From the NCBI GenBank assembly GCA_950097015.1, contig CATNEN010000038.1, forward strand, positions 7,812,001 to 7,876,000: DNA of 64,000 nt, read 5' to 3'. Under the pieces are notes generated by a model that saw nothing but the letters and a program-made list of their open reading frames with translations, was not told where the DNA came from and did no database searches. Shown piece after piece: positions 11,634-24,526 of this stretch (within the stretch, counting starts at the first letter, position 1; each line of letters opens with the position of its first letter). This DNA comes from Macrostomum hystrix. Its lineage: Eukaryota > Animalia > Platyhelminthes. Made by a program: the position numbers and the translations under genes.

Positions 11634-14546
11634 TTTATAACATAGTAAGAATTTTTGTTAAATTCTAAAAATAGAAACTAAAGAAGAATTTGTTTCAATT
11701 TCGATTTTTAAAACAAAATGAACACAAAAACTAAGCAAATGGAAAAAGGAGATGTAAAAGAGAAAATGCAAATGTTTATTTTTCTTTTTGAATATTTTTT
11801 GGAAGAATATAATGTCACACTGGATAGAACAGCGAATAGTGTAGGCCTACTGTAACGAGTAATGACTTATATCATTTCTCATGGTAAACACTGCATGTAG
11901 CATGGCAGCACCTGCTGCCTATCTATCTATCAGTCTATCTGAGGGTCATTCTTAATTCTAGGACAGTAGGACACATTGTGATTTTAACACTTTTTGTTGC
12001 ATTTTTGTTCATTCCTGGCTTTACTATAAAAAAGAAATGGTCTCCAATTCATCAATAAACACATGCAAATTTCGATACATTTAGCTTTTATGGACAAATT
12101 ATTATGTACTGCTATGCTTTGCTCTTATCTGGTGATCATTGTATTAATTAGAACAAAGTCTATCTTAAAATTCTAATTATGTATTATTTACATACTTTAT
12201 CAATTAAGCCTGTTGGTAGCCCACACTCAATAGGCTAAATGCTATAAACCTTCAGATTGTGCACAGTAATATAAGACTAATACATTGAATTTTTTAGCAA
12301 TAAACTTCTTTTTACTTTTAAGCATGACTCAATATGATCTGGACTAAAGGTTTGACATGCCATTGGCATATTCTTTTTTATTTACCATTATGGATTGTAA
12401 AGACTGAAGTTGTTTAACAATAAAAATACTTATATTTAGTTGTCTAGTAGCTTTGTTTTATTAAAATAACAAAATACAACATTTTAAATTAAAAAAATAT
12501 TGGCAATCTTTTAAATGACAATATGACAATCATTCTTTACTTTAGCATACTAGTTTCAGTAAATGATCACCTTTGAAATTAGTCTGCTATGCTTCACAGC
12601 TTAAGCAAAGGAACTGTAAACACTTTTCAACAATCGAATAGAAATACACTTATATATTATTGGTTTTGGAAGGCATATAAGAGTGAATGAGTGGGTCAGC
12701 TGCTATTGTTGCTGCCTCACTTTCCAATGATTGCTTGGTTGGAGGTTTTCAAAGTAGTGACTTGTGGAGATGCATCTTATTCTGTGCAACCAAAGTTAAC
12801 TTAAATAGCTTAACCCCTGCCTTCTGTACACCAGCTTGTCTGCTTGTGTTGTGTGTTGGGCTGGGTGTAAGGCATTGTATGGTGTGGGTCGGTGTACACC
12901 AGCCATGCTTACTCTGAGTGGCGGGGTTCACTAGCACTCTGTGTGCATGGCTTGGTCCTCTCATCCCTACCCTTTAGGCATCTAAGTCCTCCCTTGGTTT
13001 GGTCTGCTCTGTGAGCATGCGGGCCTGAGTTGAGAAGCACTCTGACTGCTGCCCCCTTCCCCACTTGGCTTTCTGTTGTGTGTGAGGTGCTTGAGTCCAA
13101 GAGTCAAGGTGGCACAATTGGGCAACTCCCTCCTTTGCCAGCCTAGGGGCATGTTGTTCCTGCGCTGGTGTGTCAAGTGCCCCAGGCCACTCTGCAAATA
13201 AGTAAGTAAAGGCATATAGGAAAAAGGGAATACTTTTTCAGCATGGCAAATACTTTACACAATGCGCATAGTAAATAATTAATATAATATAGTACATTTT
13301 AGTAAAGCATGTCCTATTGGTTGATTTATTAAATTTATACTAGTCATTTTTTCAGTTGCCATTCTTCACAAGGTTATAGCAACAGATTCCTACAGCTACC
13401 TAGTGTACTTTGTAAACTAGGTATCTGGGATTTTGTCAATTTTTGGATTGTTTTGAAAAAATAAAGCCAGGTAACTTAGTTAACTCTGCAGTTAGTGTAA
13501 ATACAATTGTGTTAAGTCTGGCAAAAAGGGCCTTGTCTTGTGTATACATGTGTATACATTTATATGCACAATAAGAGAGATGTATGCAAATCATTAGTTC
13601 TCATATTACAAAGATGACACTGTCAAACTATAGAGATAAATTTATTTGTTTGTGTTGCAAGGTTAAAATAATCACAAGAATCAGGCCAATAAACTTAATC
13701 ATGAAACTGATCCTGATCCCATTCAGAGTTTTAGTGTGCTCTTATTCCAGATCCAAAATAAAAGCAATCCGAACTTGAATTGAAATCTTGATCCCAACTG
13801 TATGCATTTTATGATCATGATAGCTAGGCTTAATATTGATTTGCAGATATACATTTATTATTTTATTATATATTATAAGGATAATATGATAAACCTTTTA
13901 GAACATCAGATGTAAGCTATAAAGTATAAGACCACATGTATTTAAAATAAATAGTTGAGGAAAAATAGAGGAAAAATGTGTCATTTATCAGCAGCTGTAG
14001 GTTTGTATAATAATACTGTCCCACTTCGTTTTTGGAGCAATTTGTTTTGAATAAGTTTCTACATTTCACAACAGTTTGTTTTAAATTATTTTAAGCCTAA
14101 GTCAATCCAAATCTTATTTCTAAAAGTATTTTAATTATTTTCCTAACCAATCTCAAGACCAAAAGAATGATTTTATTATACCTAAAATAAATGGCTTAAA
14201 AATCTTACTTTTACACTACAGTAGACATGTACATGACAATATATTTCAGTTGCATCATATACTTTAATTTTAAATATATATGCTCCCTTTTTTGGATTCT
14301 AATACTAGGATGTAACCTATTTATTTCTTTTTTATAAATGAATGTGGGCCAATTACTTGTCTTTGTGGAGTGCTGGCAGTATGAAGTGAAGCGAATTAAA
14401 CAGTATATCACAAGTTTGCAGTAAAGTGCACAAAATTTAATTCCTAATAAAATATTTACAGTCCATTCAACCCTATTCATTTCGTCAAAAGCATCAGTCT
14501 CGGAATTAGACTTGCTGATAAAGATTTCTAAGAAAATACAGGCAAA

Positions 14547-17500
14547 ATGCCAGACACGGCCAACACAGGCGCTAAGCAGACAGCTAATGGGGCTGACGGT
14601 GGCAAGTTTATTGACAGCGTGAACCCGGAGGATCCGGAGTACCAACGCCAGATGATGCGGCCAGCCGAGATCAAGGAGGACCTGACCCTGATGGAGCATC
14701 GCAAGCGAGTGTCCCTCATTCTGAACTCCGAAGCGTTCAAGCAGGAGCTGGAAGAGATCATCCAGTCTCAGCTGAAGTCTGGCGCTCATCCGGCCTCGCT
14801 CATCGCCCTGCAGCAGATCTCCGACCTGCTGGTTCCGCACGCTGCCGGCGGCTCCTCCGCCCCGGCCGGCCAGGTTGTCATGCCAATTAACGACATTCGC
14901 AGCGGCGACGTTGCCGAATATGAGAAAGGCGAGCGACTCCTCCGCTGCAAGCTGGCCTCTGTCTACCGCCTGCTGGACATTCACGGCTGGTCGGCCAGCG
15001 GCCTGTCCGGTCTTGTAACCGTGAGTGCAGTCGATTGTGACCTATCGTCGGGGTGGATCGTCATTGTGATACCCTATCTGAGGTCAGGGTGGACATTGTA
15101 ATACACTGTCTGAGGTCAGGGTGGACATTGTGATACACTGTCTGAGGTCAGGGTGGACATTGTGATACACTGTCTGAGGTTAAGATGGCTCTAGGTGGGT
15201 CTAGGGTCGACTCTGAAGTTAATCTTACAAAAACAAATGCCAGAGTTATTTTAACCATCCCTAAATGCCACCCAGGCCCGAGTGAGCAAGGAGACACAGC
15301 ACTTCCTAGTGGCACCGCACGGTCTTCGCCACAGCGAAGTGACCGCCAGCAGCCTGGTCAAGGTCGGCCTGCACGGCGATGTCGCCAGCCCCGGTAGCTC
15401 GGTGTTCAGCGTCAGCCAGTCCGTTTGGGCGGCCGCCGCCGCAATTCACACCGCCCGGCCGGACATTCGCTCGGTCATTCAGCTGACTACGCCGCGAGTT
15501 GTCGCTCTGTCCAACAGCCGCCGCGGCCTCCTGCCTCTGTGCATCGAAGCCTGCGCCCTAGGCGAGGCCGCCTGCGCTGAGTCAGCCGACGCTGCGGCCA
15601 TCAGCGCCGCACTCACCCCAACGAGCCGAGTACTGATTGTGCGCAACCGCGGCGCCTACGCCCTGGGCGACACCCTCGAGGCGGCTTGGATGAACGCCGG
15701 CCTGCTGGCTAGGGCTGCCGACACCCAGCTGGTCTGCCTGCAGGCCGTCGGCGGTAATGTGGACCAGCTGCTGCTGCCGAGCCCGGAGTCGGTGGCGCAG
15801 GCTTTTGAAGTAGGCAACCAGGCGGCTGGCGGTGTGAACCTGAAGACTGCCAGTGCGCACAAGTGGCGCTTCGGCGAGTTGGAGTTCGAGGCCGCTATGC
15901 GCCGCCTGGACTCCGAGGGCTACCGCACCGGCTACGCCTATCACGAGCCCAACGTGCGCACTGAGCGCCGGGTCAAGCGTCACGAAGACGTCGAAATTCC
16001 TCCGTCGTCTTCCTCGTTCACCTACGTGTTTGACGGCGACGTTGAGCACTCGAAGCTGGTGACGGCCAAGCAGGTTCTCGCGGCTGGCCAGCGGGGACCT
16101 CACGGCGAATGGCTGACCACGCCAAACACTTACCACCGCGAGGAGATCGAGGAGATCAACACAGACAATCCCAGGAAGTTCAGCAAGTGGGTGCGCGACG
16201 GTCCTGAGACTCGTGCGGCTACGGGAACGCCGATAAAGATTAGCAATCCCAACCAGTTTGCGCCGCAGGGCGCCGATCCCAAGGAGTTTCGCAATCAGCA
16301 GCGAAAGGTAAGAAATACCTGGAACACGCCTCAAACCTCAACCAGAAATCTAATCTCTCCTGTCCTTTCCTGTCGGAGGAAAAAATATAGAAATCATTTC
16401 CTTTCATTTAGGCTGGGATGAGATCCTGTCATTTAGGCTGGGATGAGATCCTGTCATTTAGGCTGGGATGAGATCATGTCATTTAGGCTGGGATAAGATC
16501 CTGTCATTTAGGCTGGGATAAGATCCTGTCATTTAGGCTGGGATAAGATCCTGTCATTTGGGCTGGGATAAGATCCTTTCATTTAGGCTGGGATAAGATC
16601 CTGTCATTTAGGCTGGGATAAGATCCTTTCATTTAGGCTGGGATAAGATCCTGTCATTTAGGCTGGGATAAGATCCTTTCATTTAGGCTGGGATAAGATC
16701 CTGTCATTTAGGCTGGGATAAGATCCTTTCATTTAGGCTGGGATAAGATCCTGTCATTTAGGCTGGGATAAGATCCTGTCATTTAGGCTGGGATAAGATC
16801 CTGTCATTTAGGCTGGGATAAGATCCTGTCATTTAGGCTGGCATAAGATCCTTTCATTTAGGCTGGGATAAGATCCTGTCATTTAGGCTGGGATGAGATC
16901 CTGTCATTTAGGCTGGGATGAGATCATGTCATTTAGGCTGGGATAAGATCCTGTCATTTAGGCTGGGATAAGATCCTGTCATTTAGGCTGGGATAAGATC
17001 CTGTCATTTGGGCTGGGATAAGATCCTTTCATTTAGGCTGGGATAAGATCCTGTCATTTAGGCTGGGATAAGATCCTTTCATTTAGGCTGGGATAAGATC
17101 CTGTCATTTAGGCTGGGATAAGATCCTTTCATTTAGGCTGGGATAAGATCCTGTCATTTAGGCTGGGATAAGATCCTTTCATTTAGGCTGGGATAAGATC
17201 CTGTCATTTAGGCTGGGATAAGATCCTGTCATTTAGGCTGGGATAAGATCCTGTCATTTAGGCTGGCAAAAGATCCTTTCATTTAGGGTGGGATAAGATC
17301 CTGTCATTTAGGCTGGGATGAGATCCTGTCATTTAGGCTGGGATAAGATCCTGTCATTTAGGCTGGGATAAGATCCTGTCATTTAGGCTGGGATGAGATC
17401 ATGTTATTTAGGCTGGGATGAGATCCTGTCATTTAGGCTGGGATGAGATCCTGTCATTTAGGCTGGGATAAGATCCTGTCATTTGGGCTGGGATAAGATC

Positions 17501-20500
17501 CTTTCATTTAGGCTGGGATAAGATCCTGTCATTTAGGCTGGGATAAGATCCTGTCATTTAGGCTGGGATAAGATCCTGTCATTTAGGCTGGGATGAGATC
17601 ATGTCATTTAGGCTGGGATAAGATCCTGTCATTTAGGCTGGGATAAGATCCTGTCATTTAGGCTGGGATAAGATCCTGTCATTTGGGCTGGGATAAGATC
17701 CTTTCATTTAGGCTGGGATAAGATCCTGTCATTTAGGCTGGGATAAGATCCTTTCATTTAGGCTGGGATAAGATCCTGTCATTTAGGCTGGGATGAGATC
17801 CTGTCATTTAGGCTGGGATGAGATCCTTTCATTTAGGCTGGGATGAGATCCTTTCATTTAGGCTGGGATAAGATCCTGTCATTTAGGCTGGGATAAGATC
17901 CTTTCATTTAGGCTGGGATAAGATCCTGTCATTTAGGCTGGGATAAGATCCTGTCATTTAGGCTGGGATAAGATCCTGTCATTTAGGCTGGGATGAGATC
18001 CTGTCATTTAGGCTGGGATAAGATCCTGTCATTTAGGCTGGGATAAGATCCTGTCATTTAGGCTGGGATAAGATCCTTTCATTTAGGCTGGGATAAGATC
18101 CTGTCATTTAGGCTGGGATAAGATCCTGTCATTTAGGCTGGGATAAGATCCTTTCATTTAGGCTGGGATAAGATCCTGTCATTTAGGCTGGGATAAGATC
18201 TTGTCATTTAGGCTGGGATAAGATCCTGTCATTTAGGCTGGGATAAGATCCTGTCATTTAGGCTGGCAAAAGATCCTTTCATTTAGGGTGGGATAAGATC
18301 CTGTCATTTAGGCTGGGATGAGATCCTGTCATTTAGGCTGGGATAAGATCCTGTCATTTAGGCTGGGATAAGATCCTGTCATTTAGGCTGGGATGAGATC
18401 ATGTTATTTAGGCTGGGATGAGATCCTGTCATTTAGGCTGGGATGAGATCCTGTCATTTAGGCTGGGATAAGATCCTGTCATTTAGGCTGGGATGAGATC
18501 ATGTCATTTAGGCTGGGATGAGATCTTGTCATTTAGGCTGGGATAAGATCCTGTCATTTAGGCTGGGATGAGATCATGTCATTTAGGCTGGGATAAGATC
18601 CTGTCATTTAGGCTGGGATAAGATCCTGTCATTTAGGCTGGGATGAGATCATGTCATTTAGGCTGGGATAAGATCCTGTCATTTAGGCTGGGATGAGATC
18701 ATGTCATTTAGGCTGGGATAAGATCTTGTCATTTAGGCTGGGATAAGATCCTGTCATTTAGGCTGGGATAAGATCCTGTCATTTAGGCTGGCAAAAGATC
18801 CTTTCATTTAGGGTGGGATAAGATCCTGTCATTTAGGCTGGGATGAGATCCTGTCATTTAGGCTGGGATAAGATCCTGTCATTTAGGCTGGGATAAGATC
18901 CTGTCATTTAGGCTGGGATGAGATCATGTTATTTAGGCTGGGATGAGATCCTGTCATTTAGGCTGGGATGAGATCCTGTCATTTAGGCTGGGATAAGATC
19001 CTGTCATTTAGGCTGGGATAAGATCTTGTCATTTAGGCTGGGATGAGATCCTGTCATTTAGGCTGGGATAAGATCATGTCATTTAGGCTGGGATGAGATC
19101 ATGTTATTTAGGCTGGGATGAGATCCTGTCATTTAGGCTGGGATGAGATCCTGTCATTTAGGCTGGGATGAGATCCTGTCATTTAGGTAAGATTATATTA
19201 TCGGGGAAGCTAAGTTGCTGGTGTCCTCTCTCGCGCAGGTCAAAGACCACTACTACAAGGACTCAAAGGATGCCGGACCGCAGAGCCGCCTATTCAAGGA
19301 CCAGCTCACCACTGACGAGGTGAACCGCATGATGGAGGAGGGCCGCGCCAAAGCCGCCTCCGACGGCTCCGTTGTGGTTGGCGCCGCTAGTAAAGGCATC
19401 ATCGCCAGGCAGCATCAGCACAATGCCCTGGTCTATCAGAACTACTATTCGCCCAATCCCTTCTCGGACGTGACTGACGCCGACCTTAACACCTACGAGG
19501 AGAGCATGCTAGGCAGAAAGAAGGGCCCTGACGGTCTCACAGCCACTGAGACCGAGGACAGCGAAGCCGAGACCGGACGCGCCAAGTCTGTAGCCGGCGC
19601 CAGCGAGGCGCCCCTACCGAGTATCCCGGAGGACCGGGCTAGCGCCCCGGGTGGCAGCGCTAGACCTGCTGCCGCCGCCTCAGTCGCTGCCGCCGCCGTC
19701 ACATCCGACTCCGAGACTGGTTTGTACTCACAAATTAGCAAATTTCCCGTCTGTCAGATTGTAAAAAGCAATTACTTTGCTTTTTATTGTGTCGTTTCGT
19801 GTGTCTCTCTGGTCATGCCTTCCTTGCATGTGTTGTTCCAGTCTAAACTAAACTTAATGTTGTGCCGCCCTAGCTATGCATGCCCGCTGAATTGTCCATT
19901 AAATTCACGCCCCTAAAATCTAACAGAGGGTTCAGTGCGTCAGCAGCAGCAGCAGCCGAAGGCCAAGTCGCTGCAGAGACATGAATCTGATCGTCTAGCC
20001 GAGGCACAGAGACAGCACGGTTAGTACTTTGCTGTGTTGATTGATTTGCCAATAAGTTAGCTCAAAACTAACTCAAAGCAAAAGTTGGTCGAAGACCTAG
20101 TAAGCAGCGATTCACCTGGCCATACTTATTTACTCTATTCCGCAAACTATTTTTGCAGCCCTTAATCCGCTGATTCAGGCTAAGAGCGCCACAGTTGACA
20201 GGGCCCAGTCTCAGCGGCTGGCTGGAGGTACAGAAATGCCGTATTCCCTCTGTACTCTTTAAATCCTATTACTAAATTGGTCTAATTTAATTCTAGGATG
20301 TGATTCGATATTATCTTGAAAATTTACATTTAGCACAAGATTAATTAGTTGATTCTTATAGCATAATAGAAAATATAAAATGATATGATTTTGACTGTCG
20401 GCTTTTGGTAATTTCCTAATTTATAATTCCGGTGGCCTTTGATCTGTTAATTAATCCAGTAATACTTGTGCAAAAGTTTTGCATTTTCAATTCACAATTG

Positions 20501-23500
20501 GGTTGCAGTCAATATTTGTTGTTGCTAACCAATCTTATTGATCGCTGTCGCTTTCAATTGCGGTGTCCAGTCATGTTTCTGTCGCCAATTTTTTCCTCTA
20601 ATTTTTTTTCTGTTGCGCCGGTAAGTACACCCCACCCTTACACACCCTTAAGCACTCGGAGCTGATTGGCTGGTCCATGTAAATATAATGCCAAATACTA
20701 TCTCCTCCCACGCCTAGGCTCTTAGCTCTTTGCTGATTGGCGGGTCCGGTGTACATAAAATGCCTAATTACTATCTCCTCCCGCGCCCACGCCCTTAGCT
20801 CTTAGTTCTTTGCTGATTGGCGGGTCCGGTGTACATAAAATGCCTAATTAATATCTCCTCCCGCGCCCACGCCCTTAGCTCTTAGTTCTTTGCTGATTGG
20901 CTGGTCCATCCAAATGAATTTTCCTGACCTGGGCTGTTGCTATTTTATTATTTATTGCAAGAGCAATTCGACAAAAAGTTACTTATATATATGAGTTACT
21001 AACATTTATTTTATTAAAACAGTCTTGAACGCCAATCTCGTTAATATGTTGTCTAAGTAACGCTTTAAACAAAATTCTGTTGTTTTGTAGATAATAAATT
21101 TAGAGCGGGAACTAACGCAGCAGAATTGCTAATTCTTTCTCTTTCAGGCAATAGATTTTTTCGGAAAAAGAAGCCGACAGGTATGACAGAATAATATCAG
21201 TTAACTTATGGGGGGCCATTGAAACCTGCAGCCAGTGTGTATTTAGTTTCTTATTTATGCTTCGACATTTATGCAAGCTTGTCCTATGTGATAGTGTATA
21301 GGAGCGACACATTTTTGTTGCCAACCAACTTAAAACACCCAGTTGGTTCTTTATGTTTTTTATTTACATGAGTTAAATGTTTCCAACAATGCTACTTGCT
21401 ATTGGACTAGAACGAATTAGTGTAAAACCTATCTGAGGAGTCTCGCTTGGGGTCAGGAAATCACGGCAGTGTTCGCAGCCTTGTTTTGTTTATCTAAAGC
21501 CTTGGTGTAGTGTGGGCCCACCCTGACTGCCTGTGGCTGTGTTTTGTGTGTGCGCGCTTGAGAGAGAGAGCATTGCGTGTTCTCATTGCTGACAGTTTAG
21601 ATTGCGCTTATGTGCAGCTAGGCTCTGCCTTCCAACTGTCTGCCCTGTCTCTGCTGTGGTGCCTCGGGACTGAAGTTGCGGACAGAAGATCCGTTTATGC
21701 AACACTTACACTATTTCGCACAGGAAAGCAAGCCATGCTCTGAACTTAGCTATCTGTGTATGTATTTTGCTTTGGCGACTTTGCACTGTCAAAGATTTCT
21801 TGTCTTGTTCAATCTCTGGCTTTGGTCTTCTTGTATTACGAGCTAGTACTCTCTTTCCTTGTCTCCCTCTTCTAAAACTAGAGAATCGTAGAGAAATACG
21901 ACGTTCAATGTCTGATCTTTTAGTTTCGCTGAAAATCTTCAATGTTTAAGTGAGATTAGATCACGCTGGATGCGTGAGATGAGATAATGCTGGTGTGTGA
22001 GATGAGATAATGCTGGATACGTGAGATGAGATAATGCTGGTGTGTGAGATGAGATCATGCTGGCTGTTTAGATGAGATCATGCTGGATACGTGAGATGAG
22101 ATAATGCTGGTGTGTGAGATGAGATCATGCTGGCTGTTTAGATGAGATCATGCTGGATACGTGAGATGAGATCATGCTGGCTGTTTAGATGAGATCATGC
22201 TGGATACGTGAGATGATATCATGCTGGATTTGTGAGTTGAGATCATGCTTAAAATATGAGATAGAATTTATAGACTAAACTGAAGGTTGACTACGTCGGT
22301 GGAAGTAAAATCGTTGATAGACAGCGGTATTTTCCTTGGGATCTTCCTAGTGCCTTATATGGGAGTTGGGAAGACTGGGGACTCAATGTGCGGCTCGCGA
22401 TTCGTCATGCAGCCGGGGCGCGTCTCGCCGGCAACGACTAGACTACTTTTGCTCCCCCTCTGCAGAAGTACACTGCAAATAGCCTCTTCCCCGGCTCGCT
22501 TCTTCTCAAAGCCGGCACTGAGTCATGGTGTGGCTGTTCTGCCTTGGGGGCTGGGGCTGCTCTAATCTCATTCTCCCCGCCTACCAGAAAGTGGGCCTCG
22601 CCAGCACAAACTGGGCAAATAATCCCAGACGGATTCACATTCCTAAAGCACATCGGACCTTGACAAGCTAGTGGCGTTTCAATTCCTATTCAGACTATTA
22701 GTAATTAGGACTGAGCCGTTTGAGCTGGCTAGCTATATAAATAATAATAATTGCAGGAGGGCTGCGGGCAATGGCACATCATTTAGTGACTCTAGCCCCG
22801 CAGCCAGCGAGGAGGAAATTCTGCCCATTTCGCTGACTCCTGAGCACACTCGCACACAGATACTGTACGCAGACATACACAGACATACATCTGCATTGAC
22901 TTTCTTATCGTTAGGCAGTGTACATTTCACTGTGCCTTGGAGGTGGGCCCTTTAAGGGCGTAAATTGCACTTTAAGCCCCCAAGGCTTCTCTCCCCGGCT
23001 GCGCCCCCAAAAGTTGTGATGTCAGTCAAGTCTGTCTACTGTGCTAAAAACTGCTTGACACTTGCCAGCCTCACCTGCTGTGCTATTCAGATTTTGCAGG
23101 TGCACTCGGGCAAATCCCAAAGCACTGCACCCTACGCTAATGTAAATTTAACCTTTTACCTACGACCACTTTACTCTGCCCTACATAAAATACGAGTATA
23201 TGCTTTATCGAAGCTATTTTCCCATCATTTTCAAAATCCGTTCGACTCAAGTCGATGGTTTCAGATTGAAAAAAATAACTTCAATGCCAAAACTGTTGAA
23301 CAGATTTTTCGCGAGTATATAAGCCATTATTCCCAAAAAATGTGCTGCTTCATTTCAACATCAAATATTAGACTCCGTTCATCTATCTGTATCTGTCTAT
23401 TAAGAATCTCACACCTGACCATCCGGAGTCTCACACCTGACCATCCGGAATCTCACACCTGTCCATCCAGAATCTCACACATGTCCATTCAGAATCTCAC

Positions 23501-24035
23501 ACCTGTCCATCCACAATCTCACACCTGTCCATCCACAATCTCACACCTGACCATCCACAATCTCACACCTGACCATCAATAATCTCACACCTGCCCATCC
23601 AGAATCTCACACCTGACCATCAGGACTCTCATACCTGTCTATCCACAATCTCACACCTGTCCATCCACAATCTCACACCTGACCATCAACAATCTCACAC
23701 CAGACCATCCACAATCTCACATCTGACAATCCACAATCTCACACATGACAATCCACAAAATCACACCTGACCATCCGGAATCTCACACCTGACCATCCAC
23801 AATCTCACACCTGACCACCGCAACCAACCCGCCGCCTATCGCAGAGCGGCCCGCTGCATCCTCGCGCGGAGCGGCCCCGGGCGACACCAGCGGCACCGAG
23901 GAGGGCGCCGCCGGGCCCTCGACCTCCGCCGCCACAGGCTCCGCTGAGAAGAAGAAGAAGAAGGGCTTCCGCATACCCAGCTTCTCCAGCAAGGACAAGG
24001 ACAAGAAGAAGAAAGAGAAGGAGAAGAAGAAGTGA
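14547..24035 (+). CDS. ADD: Adducin (hu-li tai shao-like). Exons 14547-15020, 15276-16307, 19239-19719, 19927-20019, 20159-20227, 23845-24035
   Basis: N-terminal MEHRKRVSLILNSEAFKQELE; aldolase-II-like head (YEKGERLLRCKLASVYRL, EVTASSLVKV, GELEFEAAMRRLDSEGYRTGY); neck GPQSRL and NPF motifs; C-terminal MARCKS-like KKKKKGFRIPSFSSKDKDKKKKEKEKKK*. All joins are GT-AG and phase-consistent. Confidence 0.96.
15062..15180. repeat. Intronic minisatellite, 32-bp unit, ~3.7 copies (adducin intron 1)
   Basis: CATTGTGATACACTGTCTGAGGTCAGGGTGGA at 15062, 15094, 15126 and 15158. Confidence 0.92.
16399..19187. repeat. Intronic minisatellite, 25-bp unit (ATTTAGGCTGGGATAAGATCCTGTC), ~111 copies (adducin intron 2)
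   Basis: Direct tandem repetition filling ~95% of intron 16308-19238. Confidence 0.99.
20660..20910. repeat. ~80-bp tandem repeat, ~3 copies, intronic
   Basis: GCTGATTGGC recurs at ~20660, 20732, 20812 and 20892 with shared intervening sequence. Confidence 0.88.
21950..22250. repeat. Intronic minisatellite, 23/24-bp unit (GTGAGATGAGATMATGCTGGATAC), ~13 copies
   Basis: Direct tandem repetition. Confidence 0.95.
22737..23010 (-). mobile_element. SINE copy 2 (5'-truncated), in an adducin intron
   Basis: (TAA)n tail followed by TTGCAGGAGGGCTGC...GAGGAAATTCTGCCCATTTCGCTGACTCCTG..., collinear with the 56759 copy. Confidence 0.88.
23403..23817. repeat. Intronic minisatellite, 22-bp unit (AATCTCACACCTGACCATCCAC), ~19 copies
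   Basis: Direct tandem repetition ending ~27 bp before the last adducin exon. Confidence 0.96.
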
Positions 24036-24415
24036 ATGGTAGCCTTCGGCAGAGGCTCAGTATGATTTTTCCCCGCCTTTTTTATCTCGCCCGCCTGAAA
24101 AGCGCAGTTCATGAATGTTGGAAGTGCAAGAGATGAACCTGGACCGAGCTTCACTGCTCTCATTTAACTATTACCAATACTATATATGTGTTACCACATG
24201 ATTATTAACGCATTGCTGCTACCCGCTAAGTTCCTCAGTTTATATCTGGCCTGCTTTAACGTGCTTATTTAACAATGTACCATCGTGATGAAAGCTAAAT
24301 TTCTGATCTGCAAGCAGTTACGCAGTTCTTTTCTGTTCAGCGAAGTTCGTTTAGCCTCTCGTATTTTGGTCGTCATTTCCCCTCGCCCATCTCTAGCCTA
24401 GCCGTTTGTCCATTG

Positions 24416-24526
24416 GGGTGTATCCGGATTCGCTGAATCTGGATCAGTTGAAACCCTGTTTAAATCGCGCAATTATGCCAGCAGTTAATTAACATAATTA
24501 GTATTCTAGCGAATCAGGATACGCCC
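24416..24526. mobile_element. Small inverted-repeat element (MITE-like) in the probable adducin 3' UTR
   Basis: GGGTGTATCCGGATTCGCTGAAT versus reverse-complement GGGCGTATCCTGATTCGCTAGAAT; no clear TSD. Confidence 0.55.
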
